The position numbers and the translations under genes are program-made. Shown in pieces: positions 37,874-46,871 of a stretch of 64,000 nt of DNA; the first letter of the stretch is position 1, and each line of letters begins with the position of its first letter. The notes below the pieces were generated by a model. It did not search any database. It saw only the letters and a list, made by a program, of their open reading frames with translations, and had not been told where the DNA came from. Source of the DNA: Desulfitobacteriaceae bacterium (GTDB taxonomy: Bacteria; Bacillota; Desulfitobacteriia; Desulfitobacteriales; Desulfitobacteriaceae); assembly GCA_049302575.1 (NCBI GenBank), contig JBAQMG010000027.1:840-64839 (forward strand), in the 5' to 3' direction.

Positions 37874-38866
37874 TCAACGCAAAGTTTGATAAGCAGCGAG
37901 GGTCATGGCAGCGACCTTAGACCAGGGATAATGTCTCTGGATATGCTCCGTAAGTGGCAGTGGAGATAGGCTTAAAGCCTTCTCCAAGCCCAAACGCAGG
38001 CTGCTATCATCCAGTGGTTGAACATAAGCTGCCATATCTTTGAAGTATTCGTAAGTACTACCTTGGTTAGTTGATAAAACCCTTGTTCCGCAAGCCCCGG
38101 CCTCTAGGCTTGAAAGGCCGGGGGTTTCAAACCAACTTGGCAAGGCATGAACTTTAGCTGCGGCATAAGCTGAGGCTAAGAGTTTGCCTTGTTGGGTGCC
38201 CAGATAAGTGACGTTGGGATAAGAGCGGGTCAATTCGAAATACTTGCGGTCATTGACGGGTCCGATTAGTATTAAAGGCAGGCCTAACTCTTGACAGACC
38301 CGTGCTAACCAATGTTGGTTTTTACGGGGTGAAATGCGGGCTACAGAAAGGATAAAGTCTTCAGGCAGATTAGGAAAACGCTGGCGGAATAAGGCGGGTC
38401 CAAGGTTAGGATAAGAATCAGGGAAACCATTGGGTATAACTAAGTAGGGAGCGTTCTTCGAAAAGTCCTGTTTGAGGTTGTCCATTTCTCTCTCGCCGTT
38501 GGGCAATAATAGCTGGCTTTCCCGTACGAGCCGTGCCCGCATGGGTTGGGCTATATTCCAAGTTGCGAGGGCATTGTGGGTTGCCTTGTCTCTCTGTAAA
38601 AAGGCACTCGGGTTCCAATAGACAGGGGATAGGACTGTCTTTTTTTGCTGTTTTTGGGCGTTAAGGAAGAAGAGATAGCTTTCTTTAATACGGGTTATAT
38701 TGAAAATATGAACCAAGTCAAAAGAAGAGAGCAACTGGTTAGGGTCAGTAGAAATGGAGATTTCTACGCCTAAGTTTTTCAAACCCTGTCCAGTCGAGAG
38801 CATTTGCACAGTATCGCCAGCTGGATTTTTGAGAAAATCTGGTCTTATTTGCAAGAGTACCTTCAC
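37874..38866 (-). CDS. GT-B fold glycosyltransferase (GT4-like)
   Basis: The start is set at the GTG at 38866, 7 nt after GGAGG. The ORF track gives 38938. The C-terminal motif is ...VHALPSWFETPGLSSLEAGACGTRVLST. Confidence 0.8.
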   Translation of the reverse strand: MKVLLQIRPDFLKNPAGDTVQMLSTGQGLKNLGVEISISTDPNQLLSSFDLVHIFNITRIKESYLFFLNAQKQQKKTVLSPVYWNPSAFLQRDKATHNALATWNIAQPMRARLVRESQLLLPNGEREMDNLKQDFSKNAPYLVIPNGFPDSYPNLGPALFRQRFPNLPEDFILSVARISPRKNQHWLARVCQELGLPLILIGPVNDRKYFELTRSYPNVTYLGTQQGKLLASAYAAAKVHALPSWFETPGLSSLEAGACGTRVLSTNQGSTYEYFKDMAAYVQPLDDSSLRLGLEKALSLSPLPLTEHIQRHYPWSKVAAMTLAAYQTLR

Positions 38867-38921
38867 AAGGAGACCTCCTTTTCGCGGGGCACGATATGGA
38901 AATTCAAAAGAATTTCCTTCT

Positions 38922-38948
38922 CTTCGAACCTCTGACATCGAACCTCGC
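38922..38948. repeat. Short TCGAACC-type repeat between two minus-strand genes
   Basis: The plus strand reads cttcgaacctctgacatcgaacctcgc. The minus strand reads GAGGTTCGATGTCAGAGGTTCGAAG, the same unit family as 1320-1335. Confidence 0.7.
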
Positions 38949-39904
38949 TATTTGATAGCTAATAATTGACTGCGAACGGATTGGATCCGCTGAGCGTAGG
39001 TATGCAGACGGTAAACATCCGCCTGGCCCTGAAGGGCGATTTTGTGGCGTAGGTCTTCACGAGTAAGATAAAAACGCGCTAGTTCTGCTGTTTCGTCTGG
39101 ATGACGACTCCAGACTAAGTGAACATGGTTTTGAAACAAGTTTTCCAGGGCGGGTGTCCAGTGAGAAAGAAAGAAGGCACCACACCCTAAAGCTTCAAAA
39201 GTACGCATGCTCATCATAGTAGGAGAATCAATGACTGAGTTGAGTCCTAGGACAATCTTGGCAGAAGAATAGGCCGCCGGAAGGCCGGAATGGGGCAAAT
39301 AGCCTGCGTAGGTTTCCGGAGGCAACGTGTAATTATCAGTGTTAGCCAGCCAATGTTCGTTACCATATACTCGAAGCTTGTAGGAACTCCTGTTCAATAA
39401 GGGTGTAAGAATTGTTTCGATCCCGACCTTGCGTTGAGGATAGGATGTATAGTAGTTGGCCACCAAAAGTAAATCTGTTGCATACAGTGCAGAGGGTTCA
39501 AGACGGCGGTGAAAAGCTGGATTACAGGCAAAATTAAAGTATAAGGCCTTAATGCCCTGCTGTCGGTAACGGTTGACATAGTCTTCAGCCGGGGTAAGGA
39601 CAAGAGCCGCTCCGCGGGCAAGAGGTAAGGACATTCGACGCCAATCCGGGGGATCATCAATGGCCCAGTACACAAGAGGAAGCTTAAGGCTGCGTAAGAG
39701 CGGGAACAATTTGCTGGCTACAGTAGAAATAGAGACTCCCTCGGCAAGGGCGAAGTTTGGCCGCCAAGTGCGTAATAACAGTTTTAGTTCATCAGCCCAA
39801 TTACTTTGCTGGACAGGTAGGAAGCGGACTTCATCCTCAGCTGTGAAACCGGAAGCTAGACCTTGGGTTAACAGATTGGAGTTATTTAAACAAAGTACTT
39901 TCAT
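38948..39904 (-). CDS. CgeB-like spore maturation protein / glycosyltransferase
   Basis: 318 aa. The C-terminus MSMRTFEALGCGAFFLSHWTPALENLF.......W......ELA.FYL..EDLR..IA.QG.......HTYAQR matches my recollection of the CgeB-family (Glyco_trans_1_2) signature. Its size is similar to B. subtilis CgeB. Confidence 0.65.
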   Translation of the reverse strand: MKVLCLNNSNLLTQGLASGFTAEDEVRFLPVQQSNWADELKLLLRTWRPNFALAEGVSISTVASKLFPLLRSLKLPLVYWAIDDPPDWRRMSLPLARGAALVLTPAEDYVNRYRQQGIKALYFNFACNPAFHRRLEPSALYATDLLLVANYYTSYPQRKVGIETILTPLLNRSSYKLRVYGNEHWLANTDNYTLPPETYAGYLPHSGLPAAYSSAKIVLGLNSVIDSPTMMSMRTFEALGCGAFFLSHWTPALENLFQNHVHLVWSRHPDETAELARFYLTREDLRHKIALQGQADVYRLHTYAQRIQSVRSQLLAIK

Positions 39905-39907
39905 AGG

Positions 39908-40129
39908 CTATCTCCGTTGATCGGCCTGGATAATTACCATTTGGATTGATTGTACCAGGGAAGCAGTGTTTACATGGTATCGTTGGGCAACCTGCTCAAC
40001 GCTCATATTGAGTAAGATCTTGGAGCCTCAACCAGAAGAGGGGATGCCAAATTTCTGCAACGTTGTTTTTAGGTGCGGATATAAAGTTAAAATTTCGCCG
40101 ACGTTAGTCTTGTTAGTTACTTGAACCAT
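39908..40129 (-). CDS. 73-codon ORF with an in-frame TGA (codon 34), DUF1858/ScdA_N-like redox-motif protein; candidate selenoprotein or pseudogene
   Basis: The translation is MVQVTNKTNVGEILTLYPHLKTTLQKFGIPSSG-TGA-GSKILLNMSVEQVAQRYHVNTASLVQSIQMVIIQADQRR. The ATG at 40129 overlaps the upstream stop by 13 nt. The TAG at 39908-39910 lies 3 nt before the next gene's ATG. The TGA is at 40028-40030. The ORF is invisible to a standard ORF track. Confidence 0.35.
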
Positions 40130-42078
40130 TTTGCCCAAAATCCTTTCTGATGCTCTTTTGTTGTTTTTTCTTTTTCTCTTTCTCTTTCTCTTTCGATTTG
40201 TATGGTGGAGATAAGTTGCTCAATTTTTTGAAAGGAAGTTTCTCGATCGTTTTGTAATTGGTTAACTTGACTTTCTAAACCAACGATAGTTTTTAGGATA
40301 GGATCAAGTGTTTTAGTAATCATTGGAGCAAGGACCTGGGTTAGATGTTCATTATCCCGATTATGCTTTATAAAGGAAACTTTCTGGGGAGCGAAAACTG
40401 GTAAAGAGTCGGTCATAGTTGTTGAACCAGTATTTAAGCCTAGAGAGGAGGATGAATTATTACGGCCTTTTTTTGGTTTTAGGGTTCGGGATTTGTTTTT
40501 TTTCTGGTTTAGCTCAGATTCAGACTGTGGCGGATTGCTGTGTGAATTTTCTGTGAGAGTTTCGAGGATAGCCCCTGCTCCATTTGGAATAGTGAATGTG
40601 CCAGTGTTGGATTCCTGTGGAATTCCCTTTGGAGGTACGCTGGATTCTGATTCAAGGGTCGTTAGGGTTTCCAGAAGGGAAGGGAGTTCTAGTGATTCTT
40701 GTAGTGGGTTAGTTTCTTCAGAAATATTGTCTTTATGGACTGCTTCCGCTGCGGTTGCGGCAGGTGGTATTAAATCATCAGGATAGTCATCATAGGCAAA
40801 CTGCAGGATATTCTCTAATGTCGGTTGAGTGAGAACAGGAGGAGTTGGGATAGACATGGCAATGGGTGATTGAACGGTATTGTAGGCAGACTGATTATAG
40901 GTGGGAATTTGGCTATTAATGGGTGTGATCTGAGTAGATGACGAAGCTTGAGTATAGGTGAGAGAAGATTGAATAGTTGTGGGTGGAGTCGTAGAGGGCA
41001 AATAGGGAGACTGGTTGATTTGGGCAGACATAGAATTGAAATTTAGACCAAGCTGCTGGTGATAGGCTGGTGTTCGTGAAGCTTGGCTCTCTTCAAGCCA
41101 GTAGGCATTGTAGTAACTTGAATTATTTTTTCGAATATAACGCAGATGACGATGTGTTGGAGCATTGCTAATAATTTGCTTCCAACCATCCCCTTTATAG
41201 AAAAGCAAAGTTTCAACTTCCGCATGGACTAAGAGCCACAGACCGCCATTGATTTCCATCGACCCTAAGCCCCTAATCGGTCCATTAAGTGTTTGAAGAG
41301 CCGCTGGCGCTTTAAGCCAGTTACCTGATAATTCTTGAACCCCGGTCAGATAGGCCCAACCTACTTCGATCTTGCCGTTTGCTGTTTTAGCGAGCCAAAA
41401 AAGGTGATGGATATTATCCGGAGTCATTATAGAAGTCATATCGATGACTTCTTGCTGAATTTGTAAGGACTGTAAAGTGTTGCCCCAGAGATAAAAAGAG
41501 CCGTTAAAACGATTGGTCAAGATAAGCGTTTGACGACCTTGAAAAGTCATCATTAAGAGGTGGAGATTACCTTCTCTGTCTAAAACAATATCATAGAGTG
41601 GTTCGCGGGAATGGAAGACTTCGCCTAAATTAACACTTCGCCACGTTTTACCGTTCCAAAATCGGTGTTCAATGCGCCATAAATCAGGAATGGCATAGTG
41701 GGAATAGGCATAGAAAATATGTACAGTTTTGCCCAAGGGAAAAAGCAATAGACGACGGTAGCGTGTGGTGCGTACATCAAGTTTGGCCAGTACAGTAGTT
41801 TGATTTTGGCCTGAACCATTGATTAGGGTATAACAAAGGTCACCGTTACCTTTAAGCATTACTAGGTGAACTTGTTCAGAATTGGCTGCCATGCCCTGGA
41901 TTAAAAGGAGCGGTTCTTGTAATTGATAGAGCGGAGAGTAGGAATGTTCTTTGTAGAGGAGACAGCCGGAAGAGTTCATTTGTAAATAATAATGGGTATT
42001 TTCATAGGAAATGAGTTGGGGCGGTAAATAAACTGTTTTGTTGGGAACCGCCAACTTAATCACGCCCTTCCTAAGCAA
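40117..42078 (-). CDS. Uncharacterised 653-aa protein with a beta-rich N-terminal ~350 aa, a ~230-aa P/T/S/Q-rich linker and a C-terminal coiled coil with an (ER)n/(EK) tail
   Basis: Long ORF with no recognisable family. The low-complexity region is ...SPYLPSTTPPTTIQSSLTYTQASSSTQITPINSQIPTYNQ... The tail IQIEREREREKEKTTKE is encoded by a (TCTCTT)n-like microsatellite at about 40168-40195. Confidence 0.6.
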   Translation of the reverse strand: MLRKGVIKLAVPNKTVYLPPQLISYENTHYYLQMNSSGCLLYKEHSYSPLYQLQEPLLLIQGMAANSEQVHLVMLKGNGDLCYTLINGSGQNQTTVLAKLDVRTTRYRRLLLFPLGKTVHIFYAYSHYAIPDLWRIEHRFWNGKTWRSVNLGEVFHSREPLYDIVLDREGNLHLLMMTFQGRQTLILTNRFNGSFYLWGNTLQSLQIQQEVIDMTSIMTPDNIHHLFWLAKTANGKIEVGWAYLTGVQELSGNWLKAPAALQTLNGPIRGLGSMEINGGLWLLVHAEVETLLFYKGDGWKQIISNAPTHRHLRYIRKNNSSYYNAYWLEESQASRTPAYHQQLGLNFNSMSAQINQSPYLPSTTPPTTIQSSLTYTQASSSTQITPINSQIPTYNQSAYNTVQSPIAMSIPTPPVLTQPTLENILQFAYDDYPDDLIPPAATAAEAVHKDNISEETNPLQESLELPSLLETLTTLESESSVPPKGIPQESNTGTFTIPNGAGAILETLTENSHSNPPQSESELNQKKNKSRTLKPKKGRNNSSSSLGLNTGSTTMTDSLPVFAPQKVSFIKHNRDNEHLTQVLAPMITKTLDPILKTIVGLESQVNQLQNDRETSFQKIEQLISTIQIEREREREKEKTTKEHQKGFWAKWFK

Positions 42079-42158
42079 TAGTGATTTACGGGTTTGGAAC
42101 GAGGAAACGGTGGATTTTCTAGCAAAAGGGGCTGCCGTTTGACAGACCGCTTACAGGA

Positions 42159-42184
42159 GGCCTATGGGCAAAAGCCCATAGGCC
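42159..42184 (-). terminator. Perfect 11-bp hairpin between the propeller gene and the 653-aa gene
   Basis: The stem is ggcctatgggc-aaaa-gcccataggcc. There is no clear U-run on the minus strand, so its function is uncertain. Confidence 0.4.
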
Positions 42185-42242
42185 GGTTACAAGAAATAAT
42201 TCAAGATTTTAGAAGAAAAAGAATGTGGCTAATTAGGTGATG

Positions 42243-43802
42243 CTATTTGAAACACGCTGAGTCATCTAATTGTGGCGGGAAGAAATCACTCGGGAATGGC
42301 GTCAGTGTAGTGTCTACAAAGGTTAGACATGGATTGAGTTCCAAGGTCAGGAATTCTTCACAAAGAGGGGGCTCTGGACAGTAGCCAAAGGCTGGAACAA
42401 GGAGTTGAACTAGGCCAGTGACCTTGGTGATGACAAAGCTGCCGATGGCCAGTTGGATAGTGGTAGCCGTAAAGATTGGACTGACAAGTACTTCGCTTCT
42501 GGTTTCAACCCGCAAACTGAGATCAAATTCCGGTCTGGTTGGTGGGAAATAGAGGACGATGTCCTTTAGAATATCCGGTAAGAATCCTGTGAGGACAACG
42601 ATAGCCCCGCTAGCATCCCTTAAAGTTAGCGTGTAAGGAATTTGGATGGTGAACTGTACTCTTGAGAAGTTCGGGCGCGAGGGAATTGGTGTGATTGCAA
42701 TAGAACCTGGTACGATTATGCCATTAGCAAAAGTCATACTGATAAAGGTGAAGGGTCCTGCCCCAATGGGGAGATTGACTAGGAAGGTGGGGAAGCATTC
42801 CCTTTGCTGGCAGCTGGCATAGACTTTCTCTACGATGATGCAGACGGATTCGGCAACTTCTTCCAGTTGATATGGGTCGGTCAGATCAATTGGGGCACCA
42901 GGTTCTAAGGCTGAACCTACTCTGCCTACGGTTACGCCTCTAGGTGGGAGGGCGGTCGGGAGAGCGGCAGAAATAGTATTAGTAGCGGCATTGATAATAC
43001 TGATTGAACTATCGCCTTCGTTGGCTACCCAAACTTGCGTCCCGTCACCTGTAACATCAATTCCCCGTGGTTGCAGACCAACTGCGATAGTAGCGATAAC
43101 AGTATTAGTTATAGTAGATATGACACTGACCGTGCCTGAGGCGTTATTGGTGACATAGACGAACGGATTTACAGGGTTTGCAGCTATTTCTATGGGGGTA
43201 GTACCTACTGCAATAGTGGTTAGGATACCGTTGGTTGCAGTGTTTATGACAGTAACATTGTTGCTGCCGCTGTTGACTACATAAAGCTTAGTGTTATCAA
43301 GGCTGGTGACCAAACCATGAGGAGATGTTCCCACGGCGATTGTGGCGACAACTAAATTGGTGGTTGGATTAATTACCGAAACGGTATTGTCTACGCTATT
43401 ACTAACATATACTCGGCTTCCATCTCTGGCGACGGTAACATCCACTGGGCCGTTGCCAACTGTTATCGTGGCCACGACGGTGTCGGTAGGGATGTTAATG
43501 ACAGTGACCGTTCCAGAGCCGGAGTTTGTCACATAGGCTGTTGTACTTGTTGGGTCAACTGCGACCGATGTTGGAGCAATACCTACTGGGATCGTAACTA
43601 TTACGTGGTTCTTGTTCGTACAAATGACAGTGACGGTGTTACTACCGAAGTTAGGAACATAGACCTTCGTACCATCCGGTGTGCGTTTTGGGAACAACGG
43701 AGAAACGCCCACGGGAATGGTAGCAATCAACTCATCGCTATAGACATTGTAAATTGCGACGGAGTTGTTGAGGGTCACCCAGGCATGGGTCTCAAATAAC
43801 AT
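42243..43802 (-). CDS. YVTN-family seven-repeat beta-propeller protein with an uncharacterised Cys-containing C-terminal domain
   Basis: 519 aa. About seven ~42-aa repeats follow the pattern (V/A)YV(T/S)N.gs.tVsVI......v.atI.VG..P. The C-terminal ~215 aa has 8 Cys residues (CIIVEKVYASCQQREC...YCPEPPLCEE...C...SACFK). No signal peptide is evident. Confidence 0.8.
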   Translation of the reverse strand: MLFETHAWVTLNNSVAIYNVYSDELIATIPVGVSPLFPKRTPDGTKVYVPNFGSNTVTVICTNKNHVIVTIPVGIAPTSVAVDPTSTTAYVTNSGSGTVTVINIPTDTVVATITVGNGPVDVTVARDGSRVYVSNSVDNTVSVINPTTNLVVATIAVGTSPHGLVTSLDNTKLYVVNSGSNNVTVINTATNGILTTIAVGTTPIEIAANPVNPFVYVTNNASGTVSVISTITNTVIATIAVGLQPRGIDVTGDGTQVWVANEGDSSISIINAATNTISAALPTALPPRGVTVGRVGSALEPGAPIDLTDPYQLEEVAESVCIIVEKVYASCQQRECFPTFLVNLPIGAGPFTFISMTFANGIIVPGSIAITPIPSRPNFSRVQFTIQIPYTLTLRDASGAIVVLTGFLPDILKDIVLYFPPTRPEFDLSLRVETRSEVLVSPIFTATTIQLAIGSFVITKVTGLVQLLVPAFGYCPEPPLCEEFLTLELNPCLTFVDTTLTPFPSDFFPPQLDDSACFK

Positions 43803-43924
43803 GTGCTATTCCCCCCTTACGGAATATTTGAGTTTATGGAGTATAGAACTTTTTCATGGTATCTTATTCATTGAGGTAGGAGTGTGTTACAGTTGCCCCG
43901 TTTGGGTTGGTGGAGTTTACTAAA

Positions 43925-44929
43925 TTATGTCGCTCTAAAGTCGTGAAGGCTTTTTTGAATTTGACTACTCATTTGGCTAGCACGCTCTGCCCAGTCATTG
44001 CTTTGGGCGTAGGCGATACGTTGGCCTTTCCACAAATCTCCTTTCTGAACAATTTGCTCTAGGCGTAGGGAAAAACGGGTTGGGTCACTGTCTAAATAAA
44101 TCTTTGGAACTGAGATAAGTTCCGGTAAGGGTGTGGCCATCACAGGCAGACCTGTAGCATAATATTCGTAAAGTTTTATAGGGTTACAGCCTTTGGTCAT
44201 TTCTGTTAGTCGGAAAGGGATCAGTCCGACACTAAAATGCTGGAGATAACCAGGTAACTGAGTATAAGGCTTTAAACCTAAATATTTTATGTTGGGCATT
44301 TTTAAAGGAAACTTTCTCATTTGAAACAGAGCACCCATAAAAACAAATTGCAGTTGAGGATTGCCCTTGATTACGTGTTTTAAAAGATCCCAATCGACCC
44401 AAGGGGCGATTGCTCCACTATATCCAATAATTGGTTTACCGGTGGGGAGGTCAACTGGTTTTTGAGTTCGGGGTGCCGAAAAACGGACGGTATCCACCCC
44501 GTTTGGAACTAAATAAACATTCGGATGGGCTGCGGAAAGGTGTTCATAAATACTTTTGGCACTGGCAAAAATCAAGTGGGCTTTTTTTAGGATAGTAGGA
44601 TAATAAGGAGCCCAACTGGCGAATTCTTCTTTTGGTTCATCTACGGCATCGTAAATGATCATATCTGGGGCATATTGTTCAATTAAATTAATATGAGAGG
44701 GCACACTTAACCAAAGAATACGGGGTCTGGGGTGAGGAATGCTTAAGCTGGAAATTCCCTGACATAAATTGAAAGTATTCGAGAGTTTTTTGACACCAGG
44801 TACTGGGAAATCCCCAAGATCTTCATAAAGAACGGTATATCCTTGAGCGGCCAACTGCCGCATGATCTGTTGCGGTCTCTGGAACATCCAGTTCCAAGGG
44901 ATTGAAGGTGGATAGATAATTGTAGGCAT
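43925..44929 (-). CDS. GT-B glycosyltransferase (TuaH-like)
   Basis: The start is set at the ATG at 44929 after AGGAGG. MPTIIYPPSIPWNWMFQRPQQIMRQLAAQGYTVLYED resembles the TuaH-type N-terminus. The C-terminus has NPIKLYEYYATGLPVMATP. Confidence 0.75.
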   Translation of the reverse strand: MPTIIYPPSIPWNWMFQRPQQIMRQLAAQGYTVLYEDLGDFPVPGVKKLSNTFNLCQGISSLSIPHPRPRILWLSVPSHINLIEQYAPDMIIYDAVDEPKEEFASWAPYYPTILKKAHLIFASAKSIYEHLSAAHPNVYLVPNGVDTVRFSAPRTQKPVDLPTGKPIIGYSGAIAPWVDWDLLKHVIKGNPQLQFVFMGALFQMRKFPLKMPNIKYLGLKPYTQLPGYLQHFSVGLIPFRLTEMTKGCNPIKLYEYYATGLPVMATPLPELISVPKIYLDSDPTRFSLRLEQIVQKGDLWKGQRIAYAQSNDWAERASQMSSQIQKSLHDFRAT

Positions 44930-44941
44930 AGAACCTCCTGT

Positions 44942-44990
44942 GCAATGCATAATGCATAATGCTTAATGCTTAATAATGAATTGTGAATTA
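44942..44990. repeat. Heptamer array ATAATGC/TTAATGC (the minus strand reads GCATTAT, the same family as 7211-7240)
   Basis: The sequence reads gcaatgc ataatgc ataatgc ttaatgc ttaataa tgaattg tgaatta. Confidence 0.85.
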
Positions 44991-45065
44991 ATTATATTGG
45001 TCTCTGTATAAGGTATGTTGAAACTTAAATAGTGGGAAACATGGTTAAACTTTAGGACAATAGAC

Positions 45066-45150
45066 CTATTTCATAACAAATTCCTGAATGTAGATATTAC
45101 CGTAAATGCTGGCATAAGCTATGCCTAGTCCTATATGTGTCATCCTGAAA
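45066..45150 (-). pseudogene. 3' fragment of a CAP/SCP-domain gene (paralog of the partial gene at 63880-64000)
   Basis: The minus-strand translation is DFRMTHIGLGIAYASIYGNIYIQEFVMK*. The paralog reads NVTHIGVGIVYGSVFGDIYVQEFLQE* at the window end. No upstream reading frame remains. Confidence 0.45.
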
Positions 45151-45284
45151 TCTAAAAAACAAGTTTAAACACAGTCAGTAAATTTATTAAGTGAATGATT
45201 ACGAACAGAAAGATATTGAATAAATTGAAGGGGGAGTAAGATTTGATTTTACTAAGGTAAGTCTTTTTTTGGAGGGATGCTACT

Positions 45285-46412
45285 TTGAAGGTTTTATCAT
45301 TAACTAATGAATTTGGGGAAGAACATTTTGGTGGAGCAGGTACGGCCGTTACCGGAATGCTTCGTATGTTCTCTCAACAAGGTGTACAGCAGGTGGTAGT
45401 TGTACCTGATAGTAGGCGAAATGAACCAGCTTGGGTTATAAGACATGGAAATATAAAAATATTTAGTTTACCGCGTACAGAAGCTTATTTCGGATACTTG
45501 GGGTTTATCAATTCTGAAAAGGTACTTTTAGAGTTACCAGAACTTAGAGAGGACTGGGACCTGATTCATATACATGCCATTAACTTTGCTCCTTTGACAT
45601 ATGCTCTTTCGGGGGGGAGGATTCCAATACTCTACTCTGTATATTCAATTTTGCGTGAGGAATTAGGGAATAACTTGGCCCCCGAACTTCAGGCGCAATT
45701 TGCGTTCCAGGAGGAATTATTCACTAAGTGTCAGCGGATTCACCTGATGAGTCAGAGTGTGGGACATTACATTAATACAAAATTCCCCGAATTATTGAAA
45801 AGAACAAAAGTAGTTCCTTTAGGAATTAATCCTTCGCAGGAGCGTTGGTTAGGAGGTAATCCAAATGCCTTGCTTTATGTTGGTAGATTACTTGGTTATA
45901 AGGGAATTGAAGATCTGATTAAAGCTTTGTACCTAGTGAAGCAGAGTGGTCGGACGTTTACTTTAGATATTGTTGGCAGAGGAGCAGATGATTACGAAAA
46001 TCGTTTAAAGGTTCTTGTAAAGAGTCAAAAATTAGGTAATCATGTTAGGTTTCATGGCTGGCAAAATAATCAGCAGTCGGTCGAACAATGGATGAAAGCC
46101 TCTGGGCTTCTAATCGTTCCTAGTCACAAGGAGGCCTACGGCTTAGTAGCCTTAGAGGGAATGGCTACTGGGGTTCCGTTAATTATTTCCAAGGCCGGTG
46201 GTTTGGCTGAATTAGCAAATTATTCCTGCGCCTTAACTTTTGATGCAGGAAATATTGGACAGCTAGTTCGGGCAATTAATAAGGCTTTGGATAATCCGGC
46301 TTTAATGCACAGCCTTGCCCGTACTGCTCAACAACGTGCTGCTGCTTTGGAATGGTCTAAGCTGATTCCAAAATATCTTGAGTTATACTCCGAGACTATT
46401 CGCAATGCATAA
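45285..46412 (+). CDS. GT4-family glycosyltransferase
   Basis: 375 aa with a TTG start. The N-terminus has FGGAGTAV. The C-terminal E-x7-E region is PSHKEAYGLVALEGMATGVPLIISKAGGLAE. Confidence 0.85.
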   Translation: MKVLSLTNEFGEEHFGGAGTAVTGMLRMFSQQGVQQVVVVPDSRRNEPAWVIRHGNIKIFSLPRTEAYFGYLGFINSEKVLLELPELREDWDLIHIHAINFAPLTYALSGGRIPILYSVYSILREELGNNLAPELQAQFAFQEELFTKCQRIHLMSQSVGHYINTKFPELLKRTKVVPLGINPSQERWLGGNPNALLYVGRLLGYKGIEDLIKALYLVKQSGRTFTLDIVGRGADDYENRLKVLVKSQKLGNHVRFHGWQNNQQSVEQWMKASGLLIVPSHKEAYGLVALEGMATGVPLIISKAGGLAELANYSCALTFDAGNIGQLVRAINKALDNPALMHSLARTAQQRAAALEWSKLIPKYLELYSETIRNA

Positions 46413-46443
46413 TAATGATTGGGGAAAACATTCAAATCGTTAT

Positions 46444-46860
46444 TGTGTTCCTCATAGAGTTATGTTTGGTGTGGATGAATCTGTTTGTGACACTCCAAGG
46501 GTATTTGAAGCCTTCACTAAGGCCTGCCTTAAAAAAGGTCGGGATTTTTATAATCCACTCGTACCTGAGTTAGTCGAGGTTAGTGATGTGCGGCTTACAG
46601 AACTCAGCAAGGTAGTGGAAAATGTTAAACGTTATGTAGATGTGGCTTTTGCCCAAGAGATTTATCGTTATTGTATTCGTCACGGGCTGGACTTTAATAG
46701 CTTAAGATCTGCAGTCAATAGCAAAGTAAATGTTGAATTACTGGGAACTGATCGGGGTATTGGGGGGAGTGCCTCCCTAAGGATATGGGGTTTTTGCGGG
46801 CAGTTTTTGTTCGAGAAAGTACTATTGCAGAATGGGCAGCAAATACAGTGCCGAAGGTAC
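46444..46860 (+). pseudogene. Truncated, frameshifted paralog of the nucleotide-sugar dehydrogenase at 58762-59811
   Basis: VPHRVMFGVDESVCDTPRVFEAFTKACLKKGRDFYNPLVPELVEVSDVRLTELSKVVENVKRYVDVAFAQEIY aligns to residues ~121-195 of the intact gene at about 80% identity. There is a frameshift near 46765. The Rossmann N-terminus is missing. Confidence 0.65.
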
Positions 46861-46871
46861 AATCGTACCTT

